From Mobula hypostoma (Eukaryota), in contig NC_086108.1 of the NCBI RefSeq assembly GCF_963921235.1, forward strand, positions 63,676,001 through 63,740,000: a DNA stretch of 64,000 nt, written 5' to 3'. Shown here one piece after another: positions 27,521 to 40,800 of the stretch; positions within the stretch are counted from its first letter, which is position 1; each line of letters opens with the position of its first letter. Made by a program: the position numbers and the translations under genes. Below the pieces are notes generated by a model. That model ran no database searches. It saw only the letters and a list, made by a program, of their open reading frames with translations, and had not been told where the DNA came from.

Positions 27521-28499
27521 CAGATGTACCCAGTGAACTGCAGTGCCCAGCAGCCTACCTAGCCCACACGAGCCTAATCACGGGACTATTTACAATGTCC
27601 AATTAACCTATTAACTGGTATGTTTTTGGATTGTGGGAGAAAACCAGGCAGACTCACTGGGACAAATGGCCTAATTCTGCTCCTATATCTTATGATCATC
27701 CAAAGGATTCATCCACATGATTCAGAAGGAGAATGTACAACTGCTTACAGATCGCACCAGAATTGATCTCCAAACTCTGGAACACTCCAAGCTACAACAG
27801 CATCACCCTAACTTCTAAGCTACTGTTGTGCCAATTAGGTCCTGCGCTGTGGTTATAAAAATATAGTTTCATTAACATCAGAAGATATACTTTTAAACTA
27901 CTGAAGAATTCTTGACAAAGGAATAAAATTTCTTGGCACGTTGATGTAATTAGTTGTTGGGAAACAAATTTTCACTTCAACCCAAGTAGAAAAATTTGGC
28001 ACAGAATTAACATTGAGAAAAATAAAATCCTATTTAAAATGTAAAAAATTGCAGAGCCGTAATTTTTTGTTTTTTTTTTCTTTATATAAGTTCCATAGAA
28101 TTCTAACAACCTTTTAATTGTGGTTACGAAGTTGAAACCTTTAACAATTATGATCAGTTAGGCAAACAGAGAACCTATATTTACTGACTGGTACCTTCTT
28201 TGGTTCAGTTCATGTGCACGTAAATTTAGACAACTGAGTACTTATGGGTGTACTCACTTGGTTTCTCTGACCCTCCATGATCAGTTAAAGACAAGAAATG
28301 TAATATCTAGGAAAAGAAGTCTACACTGGTCTTCTTCATCCCAACGTAATCTCCACATTTTCGACTGAGGATCATCCACTTCTGCCATGGTTGCTTTCCA
28401 CAGAGTTGTTGGTGCCTGTGCTCCTCAAATCCTCCATTCTTATTATTTTTCCTCATCAGATCAATCTATTACCTTTCAATTTAATCAGCTCAGGATTAT

Positions 28500-29825
28500 C
28501 TGAGACAAAATGCTGGAGGAACTGAGCAGGTCAGGCAGTATGAATGGAAAAGAGTAAACAGTCTACGTTTCAGGCTGAGACTCTTTGTCAGGACTGGAGA
28601 AAAAGATGAGAATTCAGAGTAAGAAGGTGGGAGGGAGGGGAGAAAGAAGCACAAACTGGTAGGTGATAGGTGAAACTGGGAGAGGAGGAGGCGTGAGGTA
28701 AAGAGCTGGGAAGTCAATTGGTGAAAGAGATAAAGGGCCAGAGAAGGGGGAATCGGATAGGAGAGGGTAGAAGGTCATGAAAGAAAGAGAACAGGGAGGA
28801 GCACAAGAGGGAAGTGATGGCAGGTAAGAAGATAAGCTGAGAGAGGGAAATGGGAAGGAGGGATGGTGAAGGGGGTGTGGGCATTATGGGAAGTTCGAGA
28901 AACCAATGTTCATGCCATCAGGTTGGAGGTTACCCAGACGGAATATAAGGTGTTATTCCTCAACCTGAGTGTGGCCTCATTGCGGCAGTAGAGGAGGCCA
29001 TGGACTCACATGTAGGAATGGGAATGGGAAGTAGAATTAAAATGGGTGGCTACTGGGAGATCCTGGTTTTTATACTCCAAGCAGGTGCTCGGCCAAGTTG
29101 TCTCCCAATTTATGTTGGGTCTCACAAGAGGCCCAATACAAGAGGCCTCATTGGGAGCACTAGATACAGTATATGACTCTAATAGACTCACAGGTGAAAT
29201 GTCACATCACTTGGAAGGACAGTTTAAGGCCCTGAATGGTAGTGAGGGAGGAGGTGTAGGGGAAGATGTGGTTCCTGTTCCACTTGTAAGGATAAGTGCC
29301 AGTAGGGAGATTAGTGGGATGCATGAATGAACAAGAGAGTCGCGTAAGGAGCGATCCCTATGGAAAGCAGAAGTGGGGAGCGGAGAGGGAAAGATGTGCT
29401 TGGTGGTGGGATCCCGTTGGAAATGGTGAAAGTTGCAGAGAATTATGTGCTGGATGAGGAGGCTGGGGGAGGGGGGGGGTGACAAGAGGACCCCTATTGC
29501 TGGTGGGGTGGCAGATAGATGGGGTAAGGGTAGATGTGTGTGAAATGGAAGAGATATGGGTGAGGGCTGTGCTGATGGTGGAGGATGGAAGGAGAGCCCT
29601 TTCCTTTGAAGGAGGAGGGCACCTCATTTGGTCTGAAATGAAAAGCCTCATCCTGAGAGCATATGTGGTGGAGTCAGGAATTGAGAGAAGGAGATGGCGT
29701 TTTTTCAACTGGCAGGGTGGGAAGAGGTATAGTCCAGGTAGCTGTGAGAATCAGTGGGTTTATAAAAGATATCAGTATTCAGCTGTCTCCAGAGATAAAG
29801 ACAGAGAGATTGAGAAAGGGGAGAT
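28500..29825 (-). mobile_element. Decayed Penelope-like element 3' part
   Basis: IQHIILCNFHHFQRDPTTKHIFPS and QDLPVATHFNSTSHSH peptides; hammerhead relic at 28560-28595. Confidence 0.9.
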
Positions 29826-30458
29826 TCTCATTGGTTCTGGCCCAAAGCTACAGTAGTATTGCTTTATGGCCCTTCTCCTTTAGCCTTGTACTTCTTTTGT
29901 TCTGTCTAACTCAGACAGTTTCAAGCTGGTTCAACCAAGTTAACCAAACACTGGGCCCAGATGTCCAGATAGCAGGCTCAGAAACACAAGAAATTCTGCA
30001 GATGCTAGAAATCCAAAGCAACCCACACGAAACTCAGCAGCATATATGGAAATGAATAAACAGTTTCAGGTTGAGACTCTTCTATGGAAAAAAATGCTGC
30101 CTAATCTGCTGAGTTCCTGCATCATTTTGTGTGTGTTGCATCTGATAACAGACTGTAACTTCCGCAAGCCTGCATTTTACATAATATAGAGCTTCTTATC
30201 TGAAAATAACCTCAGCAGAAAACTCACTGTGCTCACATTCAGTTGGTCTGATTAAGTTATCCCTGAGGAAGAACCAGTCCACTAAACATTTCTCAAAATG
30301 ATGGCTGTCTCACAAAATGGCTGCCTCTATTCTTGCTTTGTGCACTGCTTCTCTTTCTATTTTACTCAGCAACCAGATGGCAAGAATAAAGATTTTTGCG
30401 TTGTCTGTTTTCACCACTCTTGCCTCATTCCCGTTCACTGATTTGTAGATTATAGTTA

Positions 30459-30688
30459 TGTAGTAAAACATATATATATGTTGTAATTGTGTTAACTGTC
30501 TGGACAGGCCCCTCTGCTGACTGCCCCTGTGGCTCCTCCCACAGAGTCCTGTATAAAGGTGTTTTGCCTTGCCCCTCCCCCTCAGTCCGGGGCCAGACAC
30601 TCACCATGGAGGTCGTATTGTACAGCGAATAAAAGCCTTTCAGTATTTTACCAATCCTCAGCCTTTTGGAGTTATTGAAGGTGCTTCA
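30459..30688 (+). repeat. 5' LTR of a Ty3/gypsy element
   Basis: TG...CA termini, TATAAA at 30552, AATAAA at 30628, directly upstream of the gag ATG (30715). The left boundary is approximate because there is no 3' LTR to compare. Confidence 0.7.
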
Positions 30689-30714
30689 ATTTTATTCGCT
30701 GTACATTTTAATGC

Positions 30715-33700
30715 ATGGAACACACACTGAGACCAGACAAATTAGACCTCGATCCGCAAACACCTGAAGCTGGGAATGCTTTTGAACTCTGGCTGGCCTG
30801 CTTCGAAGCGTACCTAGAGGACATTAAAGCGACCGACCCCGTAGCGAAGCGCAGATTTCTACTCTCCAGGGTCAGTCCATGGGTCTATTCGCTGGTCAGA
30901 GACCAGCCGAACTACGATGGCGCGATGAGTGCCCTCAAAGGACAATACCTGTGGCCGATAAACAGCGTCTGTGCTCGGCACCGCTTAGCGACTCGGCAAC
31001 AACGTCCCGGGGAATCGAGTGTTGAGTTCGTCCAGGCCCTACGGACACTCGTGCGGGCCTGCAATTGCCAGGAGCTGACGGCGGCGCAGCATGCAGAACT
31101 CCTAGTGAGAGACGCCTTCGTCACGGGGACCAGGTCAGTGTATGTGAGCCAGCGGCTGTTGGAAAAAGCTGATCTTACCTTAAGTTTGGCGATCGAGCTG
31201 GCTGATACGTTGGAGACCGCTCTGCACAACTCTAAGGCTCTCCAGGCACACGATCCCCCAATGGCCTCATGGGCGCTGCAGACCCCGCAACCCGCTGGCA
31301 AATCGACCTCGGCTGCTGCCAGTCGCGACTCCGCGAAGTGCTACTTCTGCAGACTGGAGAAGCACCCCCAGAAATACTGCCCGGCCCGACAAGCTACCTG
31401 CTCCAGCTGCAGAAGGAAGGGCCACTTCGCCAAGGTCTGTAAGTCCAAACCGCGAGTGGGATCGAGCAGCACCGCGTGAGAGACGTGGAGGTCGCCATCT
31501 TGCCTGCCGCCATCTTCCCTGCACGCCGCCAGCACGTGCGAGACATGGGGGCTGCCATCTTTCCTGCACACCACCACCACGTGCGAGACATGGGGCGGCC
31601 ATCTTTGTCGGTGCCACCTCCCACCGCCTACGACCAACGGGTGCTCACGGGGCACCCCACCGCGCCGGACCAAGACAGCGACCCAACCCTAGCTTCCGTG
31701 ACCCTCGACCAAAGCGCTCCCCATCAGATCGCAAGGTCAATGATGGACATCCTGGTGGAGGGGCGCAGGACAAGCTGCCTGTTTGACACAGGCAGCACGG
31801 AGAGTTTTATCCACCCGGACACGATGCAGCATTGTGGACTCGTGATACGGCCGGTAAGTCAGAGGGTCATCATGGCTTCCGAGTTGCATACAACAGACAT
31901 CCGGGGAGGGTTGTGTAGCGACGCTAGTGGTGCAGGGCACAGAATATCGAGATTATGTTACTGGTCTTGCCTCAACAGTGTGCCCCTGTGCTATTGGTGT
32001 TCGACTTCCAGAGCCACCTGAAAAGCGTGACATTGAAGTATGATGGGCCCCTCCCACCAATTACTGTCGTAAATCACCAGTTTTGTAAGGATACGTCACA
32101 TACCCCGCTACTGACCACACGCACACACCAACCCGCACGTCCCACCCAACACCATGCCAACTGCCGCACTACCGACGCCACTTGCGGCCTCTCCACCCTC
32201 AAGATCCCTCCCCCACCGCTGTTTGCCAACCTGACCCCCGACTGTAAACCTGTGGCAACTAAAAGCAGGAGGTACAGCGCGGGGGGACAGAGCCTTCATT
32301 AAGTCGGAGGTGCAGCGGCTGCTCAGGGAGGGGGTCATTGAGGCAAGCACAAGTCCTTGGAGGGCGCAGGTGGTCGTTGTTCGGAACAGGGAAAAGAATA
32401 GGATGGTCGTGGACTATAGTCAGACCATCAATAGGTTCACGCAGCTCGACGCGTACCCTCTACCCCGCATCGCCGATATGGTCAATCAGATAGCACAGTA
32501 CAAGGTGTACTTGACCATAGACCTAAAATCTGCTTACCATCAGCTCCCCATCCGCCGGGAGGACTGCACTTACACCGCCTTCAAGGTGGACGGCAGGCTT
32601 TATCAATTCCTGCGCGTCCCCTTCAGTGTCACAAATGGTGTATCTGTCTTCCAGAGGGCAATGGGCCGGATGGTGGACCAGTGCCAACTGAAAGCCACGT
32701 TCCCATATCTGGATAACATCACCATCTGCGGTCATGACTGGCAGGATCACGACAACAACCTCCAAAAATTTCTCCAAGCAGTCAAAGCTTTCAATCTCAC
32801 CTATAACAAGGACAAGTGCGTATTCGGGACCACCCAACTTGCTATCCTTGGGTGTGTCGTGGAGAACGGAGTCATTGGCCCTGACCCCGACCGTATGCAC
32901 CCCCTGTTGGAACTCCCTCTTCCCAACACCCTCAGAGCCCTCAAAAGGTGCCTGGGCTTATTTTCATATTATGCCCAATGGGTCTCTAACTATGCAGACA
33001 AGGCCCACCCCCTGGTCAAGTCCACCACATTCCCCCTCTCTACCGAGGCCCGTGCGGCCTTCAGCCACATAAAAGGGGACATTGCCAAAGCAGCAATGCA
33101 TGCGGTGGATGAGGCCATTCCCTTCCAAGTAAAGAGTGACGCCTCCGACTTTGCGCTGGCTGCTACCCCAACCAGGCGGGAAGACCAGTGACGTTCTTCT
33201 CCCGTACGCTTCAAAGCCCTGAAATTCGGCACTCCGTGGTAGAGAAAGAGGCCCAGGCCATAGTGGAAGCTATTAGGCACTGGAGGCACTATTTTGCTGG
33301 CAAAGGGTTCACCCTGATAACTAACCAGCGCTCAGTCGCATTCATGTTTAATAATCAACAGCGGAGCAAAATCAAAAATGATAAAATTCTGAGGTGGAGA
33401 ATCGAACTCTCCACCTACAACTATGACATCATGTCCAGGCCTGGGAAGCTCAACGAGCCCTCCAATGCCATATCCTGGGGAATGTGCACCAGCGCGCAGA
33501 TCGACCAGCTATATGCCCTACACGTAGATCTTTGCTACCCAGGGGTCACCCGGCTTTTCCACTTCGTGAAAGCCCGGAACCTGCCTTACTCCCTTGAGGA
33601 GATCAGGACAATGACCAGGGACTGCCAAGTCTGCGCAGAGTGCAAACCACACTTCTACCGACCCGAAAAGGCACCACTCATCAAGGCCACCCGCCCCTTT

Positions 33701-34530
33701 GAGCGATTGAGTGTTGACTTTAAGGGCCCCCTTCCCTCCACCGACCGCAATGTGTACTTTCTTAATGTAATTGACGAGTACTCACGGTTCCCCTTCGCCA
33801 TCCCCTGCCCCGACACCACTACCACGTCAGTTATAAAAGCCCTGCGCAAGCTCTACACTCTGTTCGGATACCCATGCTATATCCACAGTGACAGAGGGTC
33901 CTCGTTTATGAGTGATGAGCTGCGCCAATATCTACTGGCTAGGGGAATTGCAACCAGTAGGACCACGAGCTATAATCCCCGGGGGAATGGACAGGTAGAG
34001 AAGGAGAATGGCACGGTGTGGAAAGCCACACTCTTAGCCCTCAGGTCAAAGGGACTGCCGGTCTCCCGCTGGCAGGAGGTCCTTCCCGAGGCACTCCACT
34101 CCATCCGCTCCCTGTTATGCACAGCCACCAATGCCACCCCTCATGAGCGGCTCTTTTCTTTTCCCAGAAAGTCGACCACTGTAACCACTCTACCAACTTG
34201 GCTGACGTCCCCGGGGCCAGTGCTGCTCCAGAAACATGCGAGGAGAAATAAATACTCCCCGATGGTCGAGAGGGTTCACTTACTTCATGCGAACCCTCAG
34301 TATGCCTACGTGGTTTTACCTGATGGGCAGGTGGACATGGTCTCCATCCGCGACCTGGCGCCTGCAGGAGCACCGGGCCCCTACCCTGAACACTCCGTGA
34401 TGACTGTTGACCCCGTACCCACCGATGTATGTACCCATGAGACACTGCACACTCCAAACCCTACACAGACACCACACGACACTCCCATACCGGGCGCGAC
34501 GCACACACACGAGGGAATACCGACGCCTAA
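30715..34530 (+). mobile_element. Ty3/gypsy (Mag-like) LTR retrotransposon internal region, frameshifted and 3'-truncated
   Basis: Gag with two CCHC knuckles (CYFCRLEKHPQKYC, CSSCRRKGHFAKVC); protease FDTGS; RT IDLKSAYHQL and YLDN; RNase H SDASD; integrase VDFKG, HSDRG, QVEK. Order is PR-RT-RH-IN. Confidence 0.95.
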
Positions 34531-35067
34531 CATGCTGGTAACCAACTTAGTATATGCATTGCTACTGCTCTGAAAATCTTATTGGCTTCAAACATGCTGA
34601 ACAGACTATTAACTGGATGTTAATCAGAGCTTCTGGAAGTCCATATATACATTCAGTATAATTCCTTCATCAACTCCTGTACTTGTAAAATAATTCATTC
34701 AAATTAAGAATTCAAACAGGTTTAGTACATAACTATCAGTATTGCCTGCTATTTACCAGTTCAGGTTCTTTTAAGAGGCATTTAGTTCAGTCTCAACTAT
34801 ATAAACTAGGAGTAGCAATGCACAAAGCCTTCAGGACAAAAGTCAGGATGTACTCCTTGGAGTGACCCACACCTGTAGCACTTGGGTGGGAGTGAAGTAG
34901 AAAGAATGGGAGGAGGAGAGGACGATCGGGGAGTAGTTGGCTTAGGGTGCTCATAGATGCAAACACAGTACATTCCCTCAGCTGGTCATTTTTCAGCAAG
35001 AGGAATCACATGACCAGTCATGCTATTTTTAATCCTGTTCATTTAAAGTAAATTTACATTTACTTTA

Positions 35068-35260
35068 AGCAACATACATAAAAGTTGCTGGTGAACGCAG
35101 CAGGCCAGGCAGCATCTATAGGAAGAGGTACAGTCAACGTTTCGGGCCAAGACCCTTCGTCAGGACTAACTGAAAGAAGAGCTAGTAAGAGATTTGAAAG
35201 TGGGAGGGGGAAGGGGAGATCCGAAATGATAGGAGAAGACAGGAGGGGGAGGGGGAGGGA
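35068..35260 (-). mobile_element. Solo PLE pseudo-LTR with hammerhead motif (35132-35167)
   Basis: Reverse complement reads AGTC-CTGACGA-AGGGTCTTGGCCC-GAAA-CGTT-GACT. Confidence 0.9.
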
Positions 35261-35843
35261 TCTTTAGTGTGAGTTTTCAATTTCCCTGTGCTTTGCTCAG
35301 GTCTGCCCTCATGTGGGCTTTCAATATATTGCTCTTTGAATCAATCTGAATTCTGCTGCATGCTCATTGCAGGATCAAATCAAGTTTTGAAACCTTACGT
35401 TCAATACTCTGACTCAATTTCCATGGTATATAAGAACCAAGAAACAATTAGCTTGACTTCTCTATGAACACATGCTTTTAATTTTGGGGTGGAGACTTTA
35501 ATATGAGAGTGTTATAGGTCTCATTGAGCAGTGTCAGTCAAACCTATACATTAAAGCTCAAGAAAGTTGTAAAGTTTATCAAGTTACGGAGCTACATGGT
35601 GCTCTCATTTTATAAGGTCAGAGCACGATAGATACCATGCACTTTTGACACCTGTTCTCCAGTCTTAACTGTGGTTGTGGCTAATCATTGATGTCAATAG
35701 ACCTTTAATGCCTCCAGTTTCTTTTAGTCACAAGCATGAACAAGTTGCCAAGATCCTGACTGAAAAATGTTCTTGAGGAATTTGTGTGCTTGGTTGTTTT
35801 TGTCGCTCTCAGTGCCTTTAGCTCATTGCAGGCAAATTGACAA

Positions 35844-36150
35844 TGGTGAGATTCAAACAAGAGGACATGAGTTGAGAATTAAAGGGCAAAAGTTTAGGGG
35901 TAACATGAGGGGGAACTTCTTTACTCAGAGAGTGGTAGCTGTGTGGAACGAGCTTCCAGCAGAAGTGGTTGAGGCAGGTTCGATGTTGTCGTTTAAAGTT
36001 AAATAGGACAGCCATATGGACAGGAAAGGAATGGAGGGATATGTGCTGAGTGCAGGTCAGTGGGACTAGGTGAGAGTGAGAGTTCGGCATGGACTAGAAG
36101 GGCCAAGATGGCCTGTTTCCATGCTGTAATTGTTATATGGTTATATGATA
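35844..36150 (+). mobile_element. CR1 3' end
   Basis: TRGHELRIKG...NFFTQRVVAVWNELP peptide; ATATGGTT-type tail. Confidence 0.9.
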
Positions 36151-36499
36151 ACCACTTCATATGCTTATCTTTAGAAACTGTTACTCTGTGACCCAGGCTT
36201 TAATTCATTGAACTCAGAGTTCACAAGCAGGAGGGAATTTCCTAAAGCATTTCAGCTGCAGTCACCTAATGTCCTGCACACATCTTTTCAGTCCTTTGGG
36301 TTGTCAGTTCTAAAACTATGGGGGCTACCTACATTTGCTGTCCTCCTGACCTGTCAAAATCATCCAGACCGCTAATCATCCATGTGTCACCAGCTCTGCA
36401 GGGTTGTTAGTTCCTTGCAGTGGGTTAAGGAGATGTGCCTGCAGTAGAAAGGTAGATACTGGAGCTGCTGATGACCCTGATTTCTGTTATGGGAAGTGG

Positions 36500-37105
36500 A
36501 TAATGAAATTTGGCCTGTCCCCTAAAACCCTCATTCATTTTTATAGATGCACAGTAGAAAGCATTCTTCTAGGGTGCATCACAACCTGGTATGGAAGTTG
36601 TCCTGTCCAAGACCGGAAGAAGCTGCAGAAGATTGTGAACACGGCGCAGCACATCACACAAACCAATCTTCTGTCCTTGGACTCACTTTACACTGCACGC
36701 TGTCGGAGCAGTGCTGCCAGGATAATCAAGGACACGACCCACCCAGCCAACACACTTTTCTTCCCTCTTCCCTCCGGGAGAAGGCTCAGGAGCTTGAAGA
36801 TTCATATGGCCAGATTTGGGGACAGCTTCTTTTCAAATGTGATAAGACTGCTGAATGGATCCTGACCTGGATATGGGCCGTACCCTCCAAATATCCGGAC
36901 CTCTATCTCGGGTTTTTTTGTACTACCTTACTTTGCATTTTTCTAATTTTTCTATTTATGATTTATAATTTAAATTTTTAATATTTGCTATTGATTTGTA
37001 ATCCAGGGAGCAGGAAGCGCAGAATCAAATATTGCTATGATGATTGTACGTTCTAATATCAATTGTTTGGCGACAATAAAGTATAAAGTATAAGTAAAGT
37101 AAGTA
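36500..37105 (+). mobile_element. Rex1/Babar-like LINE 3' fragment
   Basis: HFYRCTVESILLGCITTWYG...LPSGRRLRS peptide; AATAAA followed by (AAGTAT)n-like tail. Confidence 0.85.
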
Positions 37106-37267
37106 TAATGATAACCTGGTACCCACACTCTCTCCCACAATATATGCGTAATGCAAAACATGATAGAGAGATGAGTCCTTTCTCCTACTTTGCTCATACA
37201 GTTCAGTGTCTCCTCCCACTGCTGTATTCTTTTGTCCTTATGTTGAGATGTGGCCTCTGTTGAAATC

Positions 37268-37522
37268 TGGATTGAAGCCCAAAGGTCGATCGGAAATAAG
37301 GTTGATTGGCTGTCCAGATAGCAGCCCAAAGGTCGTTTGGACATCCAGATTGAAGTCCAAGGGTTGATTGGATGTCCAGATAGCAGCCCAAAGGTCAATT
37401 GGACATCCATATTAAAGCCCAAAGATTGATTAGAAGTCCAGATCAAAGTCCAAAGGTCAAATGGACATCCAGATTGAAGCCCAAAGATTAATTGGATGTC
37501 CAGATTGAAGCCTGAAGGTCGA
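37268..37522. repeat. 31-bp minisatellite, about 8 units
   Basis: Units such as CAGATAGCAGCCCAAAGGTCGTTTGGACATC start at 37315, 37346, 37377, 37408, 37439, 37470 and 37501. Confidence 0.9.
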
Positions 37523-37883
37523 GGCCCAATGTATCTAGCCTCAAGTCTGCAAATCTCTGCAAGTCCACTTGGTAAGTCAAAGGCTCAACGTCTGCAAATT
37601 CATAAGTCTGCTGGAGGGTGAATGCCAAAGACGATGGCCTGCCTTGGGATTAGAGGACTGTGCATGTGTGTGGGTGCCAGAGAGGAAGAAGTTTTATTTT
37701 GCTGTTGTTGCTTTTTCACTTGGTCTGCTTTATTTTGTTGTGTTCTGTGTGGTTCTGCTGATCATGGTGGACATGCTGTGTTGGCACAGGAATATATGGT
37801 GATACTTGCAGGCTGGCCACAGCACATCTTTGACTGTGTTGGCTGTTAGCACAAATGAACCATTTCACTAACGTACATGTACA

Positions 37884-40800
37884 TAAGAACATAAGAAATA
37901 GGAGCAGGAATAGGCCATCTGGCCCGTCGAGCCTGCTCCGCCATTCAATAAGATCATGGCTGATCTGGCCATGGACTCATCTCCACCTGCCAGCCTTTTC
38001 CCCATAACTATTAATTCCCCTGATATGCAAAAATCTATCCATCCTTGTCTTAAATATATTTACTGAGGTAGCCTCCATTGCTTCACTGGGCAGAGAATTT
38101 CACAGATTCACCACTCTCTGGGATAAGTTGTTCCTCCTCATCTCCATCCTAAATCTATCTCCCCTGGATCTTGAGGCTATGTCCCTTAGTTCTAGTCTCG
38201 CCTACCAGTGGAAACAACTTTCCTGCCTCTATTTTATCTATCCCTTTCATAACTCTATATATTTCTATAAGATCTCCTCTCATTCTTCTGAACTCCAGTG
38301 AGTACAGTCCCAGGTGAGTCAATCGTTCCTCATAGTCTAACCCCCTCATCTCCAGAATCAACCTGATGAAACTCCTCTGCACCACCTCCAAAGCCAGTAT
38401 ATCCTTCCTCAAATTAGGAGACCAGAACTGCATGCAGTCCTCCAGGTGCGGCCTCACCAGTATGATGTACAGTTGCAGCATAACCTCCCGGCTCTAAGTT
38501 CAATCCCTCTAGCACTGAAGACCAACATTTCATTTGCCTTCTTGACAGCCTGCTGCACCTGCAAACAAACCTTTTGTGATTCATGCACAAGCACTCCCAA
38601 GTCCCTCTGCACAGCAACATGCTGTAATTTTTTTTTACCATTTAAATAATAATCCGATCTTTCATTTTTCCTTCCAAAATGGATGACCTCGTATTTACCA
38701 ACATTGTACTCCATTCTGCCAGACCCTTGCCCACTTAGTTAACCTATTTATATCTCTCTGCAGACTCCACATCTTCTGCACAATTTGCTTTTCCACTCAA
38801 TTTAGTATCATTAGCAAACTTAGATACAATATACTCGGTCCGCTCTTCCAGATGGTCAATGTATATCATGAACATTTGCGGGCCCATCACTGCAGCCCAC
38901 CGCTCACCACTGATTGCCAAGTGGAGTAACGCCCATGTATTCCAACTCTCTGCTTTCTATTGGTTAACCAATCCTCTATCCATACTAATACATTACCCCC
39001 AAACGCTACACATTCTTATTTTATGTATAAGTCTTTTATGTGGCACCTTATCGAATGCCTTCTGGAAATCCAAGTAAGTAACGTCCATCTGTTCCCCTCT
39101 GTCCACTGCGCTCGTTATATCCTCAAAGAATGCCAGGAAGTATGTCAAACAGGACCTGTTTTTGCTGAATCCATGCTGCATCTGCCTGATGGATCCATTT
39201 CTTTCCAGATACCTCGCTACTTCTTCTTTAATGATAGTTTCAAGCATTTTCCCATCTACAGGTATTAAACCAACTGGTCTATAGTTATCTGACATTTGCC
39301 TACATCCTTTTTTGAACAGTGATGTGACATTCATTGTCTTCCAATCTGCTGGGACCTGTCCAGAGCCCAGAAGATTTTGGTAAATCATCACCAAAACCTC
39401 TACAATAACTTCTGCCATTTCTTTCCGTACCCTGGGATGCATTCCATCAGGACCAGGGGACATCTATCTTCAGACCCACAAGTTTACTTAGCACTACCTC
39501 TTTACACTTACGAAGGACAAACTCCAAGGCAGAGTACAAAGTAAATGGTAGGATACTTGGTAGTGTGGAGGAACAGAGGGGTCTGGGAGTACATGTCCAC
39601 AGATCTCTGAAAGTTGCCGCACAGGTAGGTAGGGTAGTTAAGAAAGCTTATGGGGTGTTAGGCTTCATAAGTCGAGGGACAGAGTTTAAAAGTTGCAAGC
39701 TCTATAAAACTCTGGTTAGGCCGCACTTGGAGTACTGTGTCCAGTTCTGGTTGCCTCACTATTGGAAGGATGTGGAAGCATTGGAAAGGGTACAGAGGAG
39801 ATTTACAAGGATGCTGCCTGGTTTAGAAAGTATGCATTATGAACAGAGATTAAGGGTGCTAGGGCTTTACTCTTTGGCGAGAAAGAGGATGACAGGAGAC
39901 ATGATAGAGGTATCTAAGATATTAAGAGGAACCGATAGAGTGGACAGCTAGAGCCTCTTCCCCAGGGCACCACTGCTCAATACAAGAGGACATGGCTTTA
40001 AGGTAAGGGGTGGGAAGTTCAAGGGGGATATTAGAGGAAGGTTTTTTACTCAGAGAGTGGTTGGTGCGTGGAATGCACTGCCTGAGTCAGTGGTGGAGGC
40101 CGATACACTAGTGAAGTTTAAGAGACTACTAGACAGGTATATGGAGGAATTTAAGATGGGAGGTTATATGGGAGGCAGGGTTTAAGGGTCAGCACAACAT
40201 TGTGGGCCGAAGGGCCTGTACTGTGCTGTACAATTCTATGTATGTCTATAGGTTTAATGATAGGTATTGCATCGAGGTCCTCGCCTCCTATCACATCCAT
40301 AACATTTCTCTTTGGCACATTAGGTTCATCTTCCACCGCGAAGACCAACACAAAATAGTCATTCAAAGCCTTGGCCGTTTCCTCATTACCCAATATCAAC
40401 TCCCCCTTCTCATCCTCCAAAGGACCTACATTTACTTTAGCCCCTCTTTTCCGCTTTATATAATTATAAAACTTTCTACTAGCTATTTTTATATTTTGTG
40501 CTAGTTTATTTTCATAATCTAGCTTCCCTTTCTTTATTGCTTGCTTAGTGGTACATTGTTGCTTCTTAAATTTTTCCTAATCTTCCAGTTTCCCACTACT
40601 CTTGTAGCTTTTAGTTTGATGTCTTATTTTCAGAATCAGAATCAGGTTTATTATCACTGGCATGCGACGTGAAATTTGTTAACTTAGCAGCAGCAGTTCA
40701 ATGCAATACATAATCTAGAAAAAAATGATAAATGAAATAAAAATAATGAAGAAGAAGAAATAAGTAAATCAATTACAGTATATGCATACTGAATAGATTT

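Noticed and set aside
20093..28306. Possible minus-strand exons 28258-28306 (ILHFLSLTDHGGSEKP, good AG and GTGAGT sites) and 20093-20160 (RFSKPDSTLQLEARHGIHYILK*)
   Set aside because: Peptides not recognised and the second acceptor lacks a pyrimidine tract; needs RNA-seq or homology support.
37268..37522. CRISPR-like array
   Set aside because: Units are contiguous with no unique spacers, there are no cas genes, and the context is eukaryotic.
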